Positions 30,944 through 41,076 of a DNA stretch of 64,000 nt are shown here, in pieces (position 1 is the stretch's first letter; every line of letters starts with the position of its first letter). Position numbers and translations under genes: made by a program. This DNA comes from an uncultured Candidatus Saccharibacteria bacterium (lineage in GTDB: Bacteria; Patescibacteriota; Minisyncoccia; Phycocordibacterales; CSBR16-119): positions 19,039 to 83,038 of the forward strand of contig CAZLAD010000004.1 of NCBI GenBank assembly GCA_964557535.1, in the 5' to 3' direction. The notes under the pieces were generated by a model. It was not told where the DNA came from, did not search any database, and saw only the letters and a program-made list of their open reading frames with translations.

Positions 30944-31483
30944 TCATTCGACAGATGGAACGACTTTTTCGGCCAGCTCCAACCTTCGCTTGATCTCACG
31001 GAGAACTCCCCGCCAAGTGGTAACGCCCTTGGGTCTTTCTGGGAGAAGAAACGCCCACCAATACCCACTCCGAAGATCACCTTCATGGTCACTCCGAAAA
31101 TAGAAGTCGAGACCGAGAGCAAAATTGTAATAACAGAAGACGAAGGTATCTTCTGGCTTCGGCTTGCCGTCAGCTAGTGGCGACATATCGATACCGATAG
31201 CGAAAGCAATATTCTCAGGTTCCGGCCAGTCTCGGACTTCCGCCAGATGCCTTTTCTCTACACCGATGCCACCTCGTTGGTGTAATTCCCAGAACCATGC
31301 TTTCAACTTCTCTTCGAATTCTGTTTTCGTGCCGATAATTCGTTCAACTCTGATCCGAGGAGACATTTCCCGGATATAAGTAATCCATTCCTCGACCCTG
31401 TTTGCATTCTTCAATTCGATCACTATCTGATTCTTCGGAACACGTGGAACCGAAAGAGTTTTTGTGCGGTCTTGCGTTGCCAT
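30944..31483 (-). CDS. Hypothetical protein, GC-richer
   Basis: 179-aa ORF with coding-like composition. No family recognised. Confidence 0.5.
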   Translation of the reverse strand: MATQDRTKTLSVPRVPKNQIVIELKNANRVEEWITYIREMSPRIRVERIIGTKTEFEEKLKAWFWELHQRGGIGVEKRHLAEVRDWPEPENIAFAIGIDMSPLADGKPKPEDTFVFCYYNFALGLDFYFRSDHEGDLRSGYWWAFLLPERPKGVTTWRGVLREIKRRLELAEKVVPSVE

Positions 31484-31590
31484 GTGTTGGGTGATTTTCG
31501 TTGTTTAGACGGATAGTACTCCAAAATAATCTGAGTGTAAAGCAGCTTTGACAAGGGAGATTTTGAGAGTAATATAAACAAAAAAACACC

Positions 31591-31932
31591 GTGGAAAAGC
31601 GCTACTTCATCACACACATCAGTACTGGAGATTTAGGCGTCCCCAAGACGGGTAAGAAGAAACTTTACTTCTACACCAGAATAGAGGGCGTTCCCGGGGA
31701 GTGGTACTTTGGGACAGACAACAATTCATTCTCGAAGGATCAAATGGATACCCGGTGCAAAAACGGGACGGTGATTGCTCTCCCCGAAGAGGTTGAACTC
31801 AAACCCCAAAAGGGTCTCTGGTTCAACAACAAAGGAGAGGTATTCTACGGAAGCCTGATGCCCTGGAAAGAACCAGGTCATAAATGGCAACTTCTCTTTA
31901 AAAGCGAAAAGCTTCTTGATCTCATGAGATGA
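31591..31932 (+). CDS. Hypothetical protein
   Basis: 113-aa ORF followed by the hairpin at 31949-31970. Confidence 0.5.
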   Translation: MEKRYFITHISTGDLGVPKTGKKKLYFYTRIEGVPGEWYFGTDNNSFSKDQMDTRCKNGTVIALPEEVELKPQKGLWFNNKGEVFYGSLMPWKEPGHKWQLLFKSEKLLDLMR

Positions 31933-31948
31933 AGATGCGTCGAACAGC

Positions 31949-31970
31949 AAAGCCCCGCATGCGGGGCTTT
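31949..31970. terminator. Perfect hairpin AAAGCCCCGCATGCGGGGCTTT (bidirectional; also 3' of rpoC)
   Basis: 22-nt perfect palindrome flanked by A/T runs. Confidence 0.7.
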
Positions 31971-31990
31971 CTGCTATTAACAGTAATTTT

Positions 31991-34900
31991 CTAGAACCCT
32001 CTTTCTTCTCCGAATTCGTCTTTGTCTAGGTGTTTGTATTCACCGCGTAGACCTGTTCCAGCTGGAATAAGCCGGCCGATGATGACGTTTTCTTTAAGTC
32101 CTCGGAGATTATCAACTCCGCCCTTGATGGCATTGTTGATAAGCACGCGGTTGGTGTTTTGGAACGACGCGGCTGAAAGCCATGATTTTGTCGTGAGGGA
32201 AACATCGGTAATTCCACGAACAATGTATTCCGCTGTCGCCGGTTTTCCACCTTCGTTTTTGATAATCTCGTTTTCCTTTTCGAATTCGATGTGTTCGATA
32301 ATTTCGTTTGGGGAAAACATTGTATCGCCTGGATCAATAACTTTCTTTCGAGAGAACATTTGGCGTACGATGATTTCTAGGTGCTTGCGACCAATTGGCG
32401 CACCCTGAAGTTCGTAAACCTTGTTGATTTCATCAATAATATAATTTTCTGCCATTTCTTTACCTCCGGCTTTGAAAATTTCTGTAATCTTGGCAGAACC
32501 GTCGGTTAGAAGCTGACCTTTCTTTACCTTTTCGCCTTTTTTGACTACAGTCATACGTCTAAACGGAATGACATATTCTATTTCGTTATCTTTTTTATCA
32601 CCCTTTGAGTCGGACAGGACTTTGATGATTCGGTCTTTGCCTTCTTCACGAATATCAATTACCTCGCCATCAGTTTCTGAAACTACGGCTGGGTTTTTCG
32701 GATTTCGACGTTCAAAGATTTCTTCGACACGAGGAAGACCCTGGGTAATGTCAGATGCTCCTGCCACACCTCCCTGGTGGAAAGTTCGAAGTGTAAGCTG
32801 TGTACCTGGTTCACCGATCGCTTGAGCGGCGATGATACCCACGGCCTCACCGAGTTTGACGAGTTTTGATCGTCCAAGATCAAGTCCGTAACATTGCTGA
32901 CAAACTCCATGTGTAGTCTTGCAGGTAAGTATTGTGCGAACCTTTACTTCTTTGACACCAGATTCATCAATGCGTGCAGCGATATCCTTGTCGACGATTG
33001 TACCCTTTTTGTAGAGCAGTTCGCCTTCTGGACTTTTCACATCTTCGGCCAAAGTTCTACCGAAAATATTTTTGGCCAAACTAATTTCCAAACCTGAAAT
33101 ATTTTCTGCCGTTGCAACTTTTGAATCTTTTGATCCACAGTCTTCTTCACGCACGACGACATCCTGTGACACGTCAACGAGTCTACGTGTGAGGTATCCG
33201 GCCTGAGCAGTTTTCAAGGCGGTGTCGGCTAGACCTTTTCGAGAACCGTGTGTAGTGATGAAATATTCGAGTGGTGAGAGACCTTCTTTGTATGATGGGA
33301 TAATCGGGAAGTCGAGAGTTCGTCCGGAAGTGTTGATGATGAGACCTTTCATACCGGCCATTTGCACCACCTGTCCAATCGAACCTCTGGCGCCAGAATC
33401 AAGCATGTCTTTGGTTGGACCATTTTTCTTGAGAGTTTCTGGGATAACTTTCTGAATCTCAATTTTGGCTTGTTCCCAGACAGACAATGTCTTTCGATAC
33501 TTTTCATCTTCTGACAAAAGTCCTTCGTTGAACTGTCCTCTGATTTCAAGTTCTTTGGCGCGAGCGGCCGCGATAATGCCCGGCTTTTCTTTTGGCACAA
33601 GGATGTTGTCGATTCCCCAACTGATACCAGATCGGGTCATGAATTTAAATCCGAACGATTTAATCATGTCGAGAACTTTTGGTGTTTCGTCGACTCCGTA
33701 TCGAGTGATGACTTCTTCGACGAGACGTGAAAGTCTTTTCTGGTTCATTTCTTCGTTGATGAAACTAAAGTCTTTTGGAAGAGATGAGTTGAACATTAGT
33801 CGTCCGACTGTCGTTTCAAATATTTTGCCTTCAAATTTAGCGTAGCGTGGGCTGTCTGTAGGCAAAACTTTTATCTTCGCACGGAAAGAAACGATACCGT
33901 AATCATAGGCGGTCATGGCTTCGTTTGGTGAAGCAAAGAATTTGCCTTCACCCTTTTCGCCTTCTACGGATTTGGTCATCCAGTAAGTTCCCAAAACAAT
34001 GTCCATGCGTGGGTGAACGATAGGATTACCGTCTTGTGGACGAAGAAGATTTTTGTTTGAGGCCATAAGATCTCGTGCTTCAGCCTGAGCCGCTTCGGAT
34101 AGTGGTAGATATACCGCCATCTGGTCTCCGTCGAAGTCAGCGTTGAACGCCGCACAGACAAGAGGGTGAACTTGGATAGCTTTACCTTCGATAAGAACTG
34201 GTTGAAAAGCCTGAATACCGAGTCGGTGAAGTGTCGGCGCACGGTTTAGGAGTACGTGTTTGCCTTGGATGCATTCTTCGAGAATCGCCCAAACTTCAGC
34301 CACGCCGTCTTCGATGAGTTTGTTTGCTCCGCGAATGTTAAAGGCCAGTTCTCTTTCGAGAATTTTCGAGATGACAAATGGTTTGAACAATTCAAGCGCC
34401 ATCTTTTTCGGAAGACCACACTGGTTGAGTCGAAGCTGTGGACCAACCACGATCACAGATCGTCCGGAGTAGTCGACGCGTTTACCGAGCAAGTTCTGTC
34501 GGAAGAGACCTTGTTTTGATTTCAAGTTATCAGAGAGAGATTTGAGTGCGCGTTTCTGAGATTGATTTGTCGCGGTGTCTGATTTGGCAATCGAATTATC
34601 GACGAGAGCATCTACCGCTTCTTGCAAAATTCTCTTTTCGTTTCGCAAGATAACGTCTGGAGCATTGATCTCGAGAAGTTTCTTTAGACGATTGTTTCTG
34701 TTGATGACGCGTCGGTACAAGTCGTTGATATCAGATGTCGCGTGTCGTCCACCCTCGAGGGCGACCATCGGTCGAAGTCCCGGCGGGATAACTGGTAAAT
34801 TCTTTAGGAACATCCATTCTGGTCGAACACCAGAATTTATCATCGAGCGGATGAGGCCTAGGCGTTTCTTTAACTTAACTTTTTCTAAAGTCGAAGCCTT

Positions 34901-35617
34901 TTCAATCATTTCTTCGGTTGCGATACGAAGTTTTTCTAGATCGGTATTTTTGAAAACGTTGTAGATAGCTTCGGCGCCAATTGAGGCCTCAAAAGCAGAA
35001 CTATAACGCATAGAATAATGATGGTATTCGATTTCATTCAAGACTTTACCGACGACAATGTCACCAAGTTCACGTTTGGTGTTTGAGAATAGTTCTTTCA
35101 ACTTTTCTTTTGTTTCGTCATCCTGTGAACTTTTGATTTTGTTTTTGTACTCATTTTCCAAATCTTTGATAATTCGGTTTTTCTCATCTTCGTTTACTTT
35201 GTGAATGATGTATCCAGCAAAGTAGACGACTTTCTCCAAATCAACCAAATTTATATTTAGAAAAACACTCATGCGAGACGGGACGCCACGCAAAAACCAA
35301 ATGTGCGCCACCGGTGTAGCAAGTTTGATGTGACCCATTCTTTCACGTCGAACTATCGCTTTTGTGATTTCGACGCCACATTTTTCACAGACGATACCCT
35401 TGTACTTTACGCCACGATATTTTTTACAGTAACATTCGAAGTCTTTTTCTGGACCGAAAATTTTCTCATCGAAGAGTCCTCCGCGTTCTGAGCGACCAGT
35501 TCGGTAGTTGATGGTTTCGGGTTTTTGAATTTCGCCATAAGACCATTCTTCGATTTTTTCAGGACTTGCGAGTTCGATCGATATTTTGTTGAAATCTTTT
35601 GAATCTAAATTTTTCAT
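31991..35617 (-). CDS. rpoC: DNA-directed RNA polymerase subunit beta'
   Basis: 1208 aa. NADFDGD catalytic motif, Zn-binding CxxC N-terminus, trigger loop, clamp. Confidence 0.97.
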   Translation of the reverse strand: MKNLDSKDFNKISIELASPEKIEEWSYGEIQKPETINYRTGRSERGGLFDEKIFGPEKDFECYCKKYRGVKYKGIVCEKCGVEITKAIVRRERMGHIKLATPVAHIWFLRGVPSRMSVFLNINLVDLEKVVYFAGYIIHKVNEDEKNRIIKDLENEYKNKIKSSQDDETKEKLKELFSNTKRELGDIVVGKVLNEIEYHHYSMRYSSAFEASIGAEAIYNVFKNTDLEKLRIATEEMIEKASTLEKVKLKKRLGLIRSMINSGVRPEWMFLKNLPVIPPGLRPMVALEGGRHATSDINDLYRRVINRNNRLKKLLEINAPDVILRNEKRILQEAVDALVDNSIAKSDTATNQSQKRALKSLSDNLKSKQGLFRQNLLGKRVDYSGRSVIVVGPQLRLNQCGLPKKMALELFKPFVISKILERELAFNIRGANKLIEDGVAEVWAILEECIQGKHVLLNRAPTLHRLGIQAFQPVLIEGKAIQVHPLVCAAFNADFDGDQMAVYLPLSEAAQAEARDLMASNKNLLRPQDGNPIVHPRMDIVLGTYWMTKSVEGEKGEGKFFASPNEAMTAYDYGIVSFRAKIKVLPTDSPRYAKFEGKIFETTVGRLMFNSSLPKDFSFINEEMNQKRLSRLVEEVITRYGVDETPKVLDMIKSFGFKFMTRSGISWGIDNILVPKEKPGIIAAARAKELEIRGQFNEGLLSEDEKYRKTLSVWEQAKIEIQKVIPETLKKNGPTKDMLDSGARGSIGQVVQMAGMKGLIINTSGRTLDFPIIPSYKEGLSPLEYFITTHGSRKGLADTALKTAQAGYLTRRLVDVSQDVVVREEDCGSKDSKVATAENISGLEISLAKNIFGRTLAEDVKSPEGELLYKKGTIVDKDIAARIDESGVKEVKVRTILTCKTTHGVCQQCYGLDLGRSKLVKLGEAVGIIAAQAIGEPGTQLTLRTFHQGGVAGASDITQGLPRVEEIFERRNPKNPAVVSETDGEVIDIREEGKDRIIKVLSDSKGDKKDNEIEYVIPFRRMTVVKKGEKVKKGQLLTDGSAKITEIFKAGGKEMAENYIIDEINKVYELQGAPIGRKHLEIIVRQMFSRKKVIDPGDTMFSPNEIIEHIEFEKENEIIKNEGGKPATAEYIVRGITDVSLTTKSWLSAASFQNTNRVLINNAIKGGVDNLRGLKENVIIGRLIPAGTGLRGEYKHLDKDEFGEERGF

Positions 35618-35641
35618 AAATATTTTTATTAGTTTTAAATT

Positions 35642-38600
35642 TTATTGTTTCAAGTCAATATCGAGTCCAAGTCCGCGCAAGTAGTTGAGCATCACCTTAA
35701 ACGATGCCGGAATATTTGGCTCGCGGAGTTTCTGACCCTTGATAATCGAATCAAACGCCTGACTTCGACCCATGATGTCGTCAGATTTGATAGTTAACAT
35801 TTCACGAAGTGCATGAGCCGCACCGTATCCTTCGAGAGCCCAAACTTCCATTTCTCCGAATCGTTGACCTCCTGACTGAGCCTTACCTCCAAGTGGTTGT
35901 TGGGTGATGAGTGAGTATGGTCCGATGGCGCGCGCATGGACTTTGTCTTCCACCATGTGGTGAAGTTTCAAGATGTACATATAACCGACAGCAATTTCTT
36001 GTTCGAAAGCTTCGCCGGTTCGTCCATCAAAAAGTTTCATTGTACCGGTGTCGCTTAGTCCTGCTTTGACTAGCTCTTGTTTGATTTCGTCGTTACTTGC
36101 TCCACCAAACAACGGAACGATAGCCTGGTAATTAAGCGTGTGAGCCGCCATACCAAGATGCATTTCCAAAATTTGTCCCAAGTTCATACGTGATGGAACA
36201 CCAAGCGGAGTGAGGATTACGTCAACTGGTGTACCGTCAGCCATGTATGGCATTTCTTCTTCTGGAAGGATGGTCGAGATGACGCCCTTGTTTCCGTGTC
36301 GACCGGCAAGCTTGTCTCCGACCGAAATGTTTCGGACCTGCGCAACTTCGACAATGATTTTCTTGATGATTCCTGATTCGAGCTGATGACCCTTGTCGCG
36401 TGAGAAAACTTTCACGCCGATTACGCGTCCTTCGTTTCCTGGACTTACGCGCATAGAGGTGTCTTTGACGTCACGAGCTTTTTCGGCAAAGATTGATCGG
36501 AGAAGTCTTTCTTCTGGAGTAAGTTCTGTTTCGCCCTTTGGCGTAATTTTACCGACAAGAATGTCGTTTTCACGAACTTCGGCACCAATACGCACGATTC
36601 CTTCTTCGTCGAGGTCTTTTAGTTTTGCTTCACCGACGTTTGGGATGTCAGGAGTGGTTTGTTCAGGTCCAAGTTTTGTATCACGAACAACGCAAGTAAA
36701 TTCTTCAACATAAATAGAAGTGAAGACAGAATTCTTTACCAAACGTTCTGACAAGATGATGGCGTCTTCGTAGTTTCGTCCATCCCATGACATAAATGCG
36801 ACTAGGGCGTTTTGACCAATCGCGGCTTGACCTTCGGCTGTTGACGGAGCATCGGCCAAGACGTCGCCCTTTTTGACTTTGTCACCCATATTTACCGATG
36901 GTCGCTGTCGCATTAGAGAGAATTTGTTGGTGCGAACAGTATGGATAAGTTCGTAAGTTTTTGGCTTGCCTGATGCTGGAGTTACGACGACTTTTTTGGC
37001 ATCCACATAAGTAACTTCGCCAGACTCTTCGGCAATAACCAGTCGTCCTGAATCACGCGCAATTACTTCTTCGACACCAGTTCCGACAAGCGGTGCCATA
37101 GGGATGACACACGGCACAGCTTGCTTTTGCATGTTACTTCCCATGAGTGCGCGGTTGGCGTCATCGTGTTCGAGAAACGGAATCATCGAGGTACCAAGCG
37201 AAAATGCTTGGTTTGTAGCGACATCGATAAAATCAATTTCTTTTTTGGAAATTAGTCCTGGAGAAGTTTTGACTCGCGCTTCGACAAGTTCTGGAATAAT
37301 ATTTCCAGCCTCATCTCGAGGAACACCTCCGTGAGCGATGTTGTACTTTTCTTCTTCCAAGGCGTTCATGTATACAATTTCACCTGTGATCTTGCCGTTT
37401 TTTACCCGAACATACGGAGTTTCGATAATGCCGAATTCGTTTATCTTTGCATATGTAGAAAGGTGAAGAACCAGACCGATGTTTGGACCTTCTGGAGTGT
37501 GAATCGGGCAAACGCGACCGTAGTGACTGGTGTGAACGTCGCGAACTTCAAGTCCAGCTCTTTCACGAGTAAGTCCTCCAGGTCCGAGCGCAGAAAGGAT
37601 GCGCAAGTGTTCGAGTTCGGAAATAACATTTTCCTGATCCATGAATTGTGAAAGTTGGTTCGTGGTGAAAAATTCTTTGACACGAGCCTGAAGTGGTCTT
37701 TGATTGATGACGGTGACAGGCGCGGCGACATCTGACTCGATTGTCGACATGCGGTCCTGAATATTTCGCTTGATCTGAGTCATACCCACGCGGAATTTTT
37801 GTTGGAGAAGTTCGCCAACGTATTTTACGCGTCGTCGGCCCAAGTGATCGATGTCATCAGCCTTGGCGTTTTTGTCATTGTTTAAATCAAAAATGTTTTT
37901 GACGATTGTGACGACGTCGTCGGCATTTAGAGTTTGGCGCTCGAGTTCAGCTTTTTCCATTGATTTCTCAAATCGCTGATTGAATCGGTGTCGGCCAACT
38001 TTTGAGAAGTCATATCGTTCTGTGGTAAAAATACTATCAACAAATTCCTTGGCGTTTTCTGCCGTCGCCATATCACCATCTCGAAGACGTTTATAGATAT
38101 CGACGTAGGCTTCTTCGACAGTTTTGGCATGATCTTTCTCAAGCATCACGGCAACCAATTTCTCCATTTCAGGATTGCCCTTGAAAGCTTTCAAGATTTT
38201 CTCATTCGTATCAAGTCCCATGACACGGAGCAAACTAGTGACTGGGAATTTTCGTTTCTTGTCGATGCGGGCGAAAATCGTGTCGTCTTTGTCTGTCTCG
38301 ATCTCAATCCAGACACCGCGATTTGGGATTATTTTTGCGCCAAATTTACGTCGACCTTTTAGATCAACGGCAGTAAAAAATACTCCTGATGAACGTGTAA
38401 GCTGAGCGACGATGACACGTTCGACACCATTTATGATGAATGTACCGTTACTTGTCATAAGCGGGAAATCTGTCATGAAAATTTCCTGCTCTTTCTTGGA
38501 ACCATTCAATTTGTTGAGGAGTTTGGCGCGAACTTTTAGAGGCGCTTCGTAGGAGAGTTTGTTTTCCTTGGCGTAGTGAGGATCGAATTTTGGTTCACCT

Positions 38601-38809
38601 AATTCGTAGGCGTCGAATCGTAGTTCGAATTTTTTACCCGAGTAATCTTCGATTGGAGAAAATTCTTTAAAAACTTCTTTTAGTCCATCGGTAATCAACC
38701 ACTTGAAAGAATTCAACTGGGTTTCGAGCATGTTTGGATATGCAACCAACGGCTCTTTATACTTCGCAAAATACTTCTTCTCTCGCTTCAACGTCTTTGT
38801 TTTTGCCAT
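35642..38809 (-). CDS. rpoB: DNA-directed RNA polymerase subunit beta (compact, 1055 aa)
   Basis: Conserved beta regions throughout (GPNIGLV..., rifampicin-cluster region, C-terminal clamp). Confidence 0.97.
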   Translation of the reverse strand: MAKTKTLKREKKYFAKYKEPLVAYPNMLETQLNSFKWLITDGLKEVFKEFSPIEDYSGKKFELRFDAYELGEPKFDPHYAKENKLSYEAPLKVRAKLLNKLNGSKKEQEIFMTDFPLMTSNGTFIINGVERVIVAQLTRSSGVFFTAVDLKGRRKFGAKIIPNRGVWIEIETDKDDTIFARIDKKRKFPVTSLLRVMGLDTNEKILKAFKGNPEMEKLVAVMLEKDHAKTVEEAYVDIYKRLRDGDMATAENAKEFVDSIFTTERYDFSKVGRHRFNQRFEKSMEKAELERQTLNADDVVTIVKNIFDLNNDKNAKADDIDHLGRRRVKYVGELLQQKFRVGMTQIKRNIQDRMSTIESDVAAPVTVINQRPLQARVKEFFTTNQLSQFMDQENVISELEHLRILSALGPGGLTRERAGLEVRDVHTSHYGRVCPIHTPEGPNIGLVLHLSTYAKINEFGIIETPYVRVKNGKITGEIVYMNALEEEKYNIAHGGVPRDEAGNIIPELVEARVKTSPGLISKKEIDFIDVATNQAFSLGTSMIPFLEHDDANRALMGSNMQKQAVPCVIPMAPLVGTGVEEVIARDSGRLVIAEESGEVTYVDAKKVVVTPASGKPKTYELIHTVRTNKFSLMRQRPSVNMGDKVKKGDVLADAPSTAEGQAAIGQNALVAFMSWDGRNYEDAIILSERLVKNSVFTSIYVEEFTCVVRDTKLGPEQTTPDIPNVGEAKLKDLDEEGIVRIGAEVRENDILVGKITPKGETELTPEERLLRSIFAEKARDVKDTSMRVSPGNEGRVIGVKVFSRDKGHQLESGIIKKIIVEVAQVRNISVGDKLAGRHGNKGVISTILPEEEMPYMADGTPVDVILTPLGVPSRMNLGQILEMHLGMAAHTLNYQAIVPLFGGASNDEIKQELVKAGLSDTGTMKLFDGRTGEAFEQEIAVGYMYILKLHHMVEDKVHARAIGPYSLITQQPLGGKAQSGGQRFGEMEVWALEGYGAAHALREMLTIKSDDIMGRSQAFDSIIKGQKLREPNIPASFKVMLNYLRGLGLDIDLKQ

Positions 38810-39286
38810 GCTGTGTCCTGCCGTAGCTTATTAAGCGAAGGCGGAATAATAATTATTAAAATTAACTCGACTCCAAAAAAGCAAAAGTCAACAAGGCTAC
38901 GACCTCATTGTCTCAATGATCTCTTGGTTTTATAAAATTTTACTTAGCAATGCTTTGTATTATTTACCCCGACCAAAGTGGAAGGGGCCGCGCCTATTAA
39001 TACAATTGCTTTTCCGCCAAAACTCAATCTGGGCAATTAGTTTCTCTAGTATATCCGAAATCTAAAATCTGTCAAACCGTACGACCGTTAAAAATATTGC
39101 GTTTAAAAACCAAGCTAGTTTGCCTTAAAAGTCCGTACTGTTTGAGAAGAGCTCAAGCTCTTCGAGTTTACGGATCTTTTTGGCTTAAACTAACTTGGTT
39201 TTAGCAAATATTTTTTCAGGTCAAAGGAGTTTTTGGTTACTTTTTTCTCCGTAAAAAAGTAACGTCCGGTCATCGCTTGCGATGGC

Positions 39287-39622
39287 TTATCGTGGAGTTA
39301 CATCTATAACATTCGAATCATCTACTTTTTTCTTCGCCGATCGGACGAGTGCTTTGTATCCACGAAAAACCGACCAAAGAGTTAGATCAATGAGAAGAAA
39401 TGGAATTCCGAGAATCCAAAAGACGACTTTGAAAAATCCAAAGTCGTTACCGAAAACTTCCGTGTAGCCAAGCAAAAACATAAGCACGAAAAACAGCGCT
39501 CCGACAATCGTGAAAACAAGTATCGGTCCCCGGACCAAATCCTCGGCCATCTCTGCCCCAAACCCACTTGGATCCTTGACCCCCTTCCTGACATCGCGAA
39601 TTGTTTTGAAAATAGTGAACAT
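39287..39622 (-). CDS. Hypothetical small membrane protein (2 TM)
   Basis: 111-aa ORF with two hydrophobic helices. Confidence 0.45.
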   Translation of the reverse strand: MFTIFKTIRDVRKGVKDPSGFGAEMAEDLVRGPILVFTIVGALFFVLMFLLGYTEVFGNDFGFFKVVFWILGIPFLLIDLTLWSVFRGYKALVRSAKKKVDDSNVIDVTPR

Positions 39623-39652
39623 GCCGACATTCTAACATATCCACCCAGACGA

Positions 39653-40528
39653 ATGGAGGTCCTCCGTTCGTTGCTTGACGAGAACCGTCAATACAGGTAC
39701 CTTAAACCAAGACACAAAAACCAAAACCACCAGCACATGAAACGCTCTTTGGAACGAACCAACAAAATGTTCGCCGTTTGCCTTGTCGGTATCCTCCTTG
39801 GAGGTCTTCTTATGTGGGTAAACTGGCCGGCAGTATATGAACGCGACTTTGCAGAATTCCTCTTGGGAGGATTATTCATCTTCGTGAGCATCGTCGCCAT
39901 CAGCCTCTACATACGAGAGCGCAATGCTTGGAAGAATTTCCTCAAAGAAGCAACGAGCGAAGACCTGAGCCCGAAGAGAACGATCGCCCTCATCGAGGAA
40001 GCCGGGGAATTCGAAGCGAGACAGATCATTCTTCAGCACTGCATCCAGTATAGAATAGAAAGGTCAGGTAACTACGCCTGGGGGTTGGCTTTCTGGGTAT
40101 GGGAGTCAAGCAACATCCTGCCAATGGATTGCCTAAAGTGGATAATGAGTATCATTCATTACGAACTTGGGCTCAAGCTCCACGCCAAGCTGGATGATGT
40201 ACGGGAGCAGATTGAGAAAGGGGGCAAAGACCTGTCGCACCCAGAAAACCAAGAGTTCGCAGCAAACCTCATCAAGAAGGACATTGCTATGATGCTCGAG
40301 GTCTGTGGTGAGGATCGCCCCTATGCATCGATCATCCCCATCTTGGCGGAAGCATCACCAGCAGTCCGCGAGGAGATCATGAAGAAAGCAAGAGAAGGAC
40401 GTGAATTTCCCAAGGACGCTGACCTCACTGATCAGATGATGCAGGCGGCCAAGGAAGTCTATGACGAGCTCTTGGACACGATCGAGGAAAAATTACGGAC
40501 GTGGCCAACGGCAGAACCAGTGTCGTAG
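39653..40528 (+). CDS. Hypothetical membrane-anchored protein (2 N-terminal TM + soluble helical domain); true start may be MKRSL at 39737
   Basis: 291-aa ORF followed by the terminator at 40549-40585. Confidence 0.5.
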   Translation: MEVLRSLLDENRQYRYLKPRHKNQNHQHMKRSLERTNKMFAVCLVGILLGGLLMWVNWPAVYERDFAEFLLGGLFIFVSIVAISLYIRERNAWKNFLKEATSEDLSPKRTIALIEEAGEFEARQIILQHCIQYRIERSGNYAWGLAFWVWESSNILPMDCLKWIMSIIHYELGLKLHAKLDDVREQIEKGGKDLSHPENQEFAANLIKKDIAMMLEVCGEDRPYASIIPILAEASPAVREEIMKKAREGREFPKDADLTDQMMQAAKEVYDELLDTIEEKLRTWPTAEPVS

Positions 40529-40548
40529 CAACACGCGAACATTCACAA

Positions 40549-40585
40549 GGGCCGGGGAAACTTCCCCGGCCCTTAGTGCTTTTTC
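40549..40585. terminator. Bidirectional terminator GGGCCGGGG-aaacttc-CCCGGCCC plus T-run
   Basis: 8-bp GC stem between convergent genes. Confidence 0.7.
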
Positions 40586-40599
40586 AAATTTAGAATTCC

Positions 40600-41001
40600 T
40601 TAGAAAATCGACAAGAAATATGTCCCGAGAAGGGCCAAGGCAAACATCGAAATAGCTGGGAGAGTTTTCGTGAGCGAGTCGCGGACCTTTATATGCATAC
40701 TGATAGCACCGAGCATGAGCACGCCGAGGAGCACAAAAGCCACCATACCAAACGGATACATGATTTGTGGTTTAAACAGGCCGATGACCATCATGAGCGC
40801 GATGACGATTTTCAAAAACCCGACGACATACACAGACCACGCAGGCAACCCATACACAGAAAATTCTTCTTTCATATTCTTCGCACTTCCCCCGCGATAC
40901 TTGGTAGCGCGCCCAGAGCGCACCAACCAGACGTTCACGAGCCCAAGGGCGATCAATACTTGGATGACAGCCATGATCCAAACAAATGTTATTTCTGACA
41001 T
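40600..41001 (-). CDS. DoxX-family membrane protein
   Basis: 133 aa, 4 TM. YGLPAW motif and overall DoxX-like topology. Confidence 0.55.
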   Translation of the reverse strand: MSEITFVWIMAVIQVLIALGLVNVWLVRSGRATKYRGGSAKNMKEEFSVYGLPAWSVYVVGFLKIVIALMMVIGLFKPQIMYPFGMVAFVLLGVLMLGAISMHIKVRDSLTKTLPAISMFALALLGTYFLSIF

Positions 41002-41076
41002 ATAAAAATATTAATTATAAATTGGTTTTATTCTATTCTAAATAATTTTAATATATTATGAGAATTATCAAAATTA

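Noticed and set aside
39653-39736. Possibility that the 39653 ORF start (MEVLRSLLDENRQYRY...) is real
   Set aside because: Not rejected outright. However, this stretch overlaps the divergent gene's upstream region, and the TM-containing part begins after MKRSL. The start is left ambiguous.
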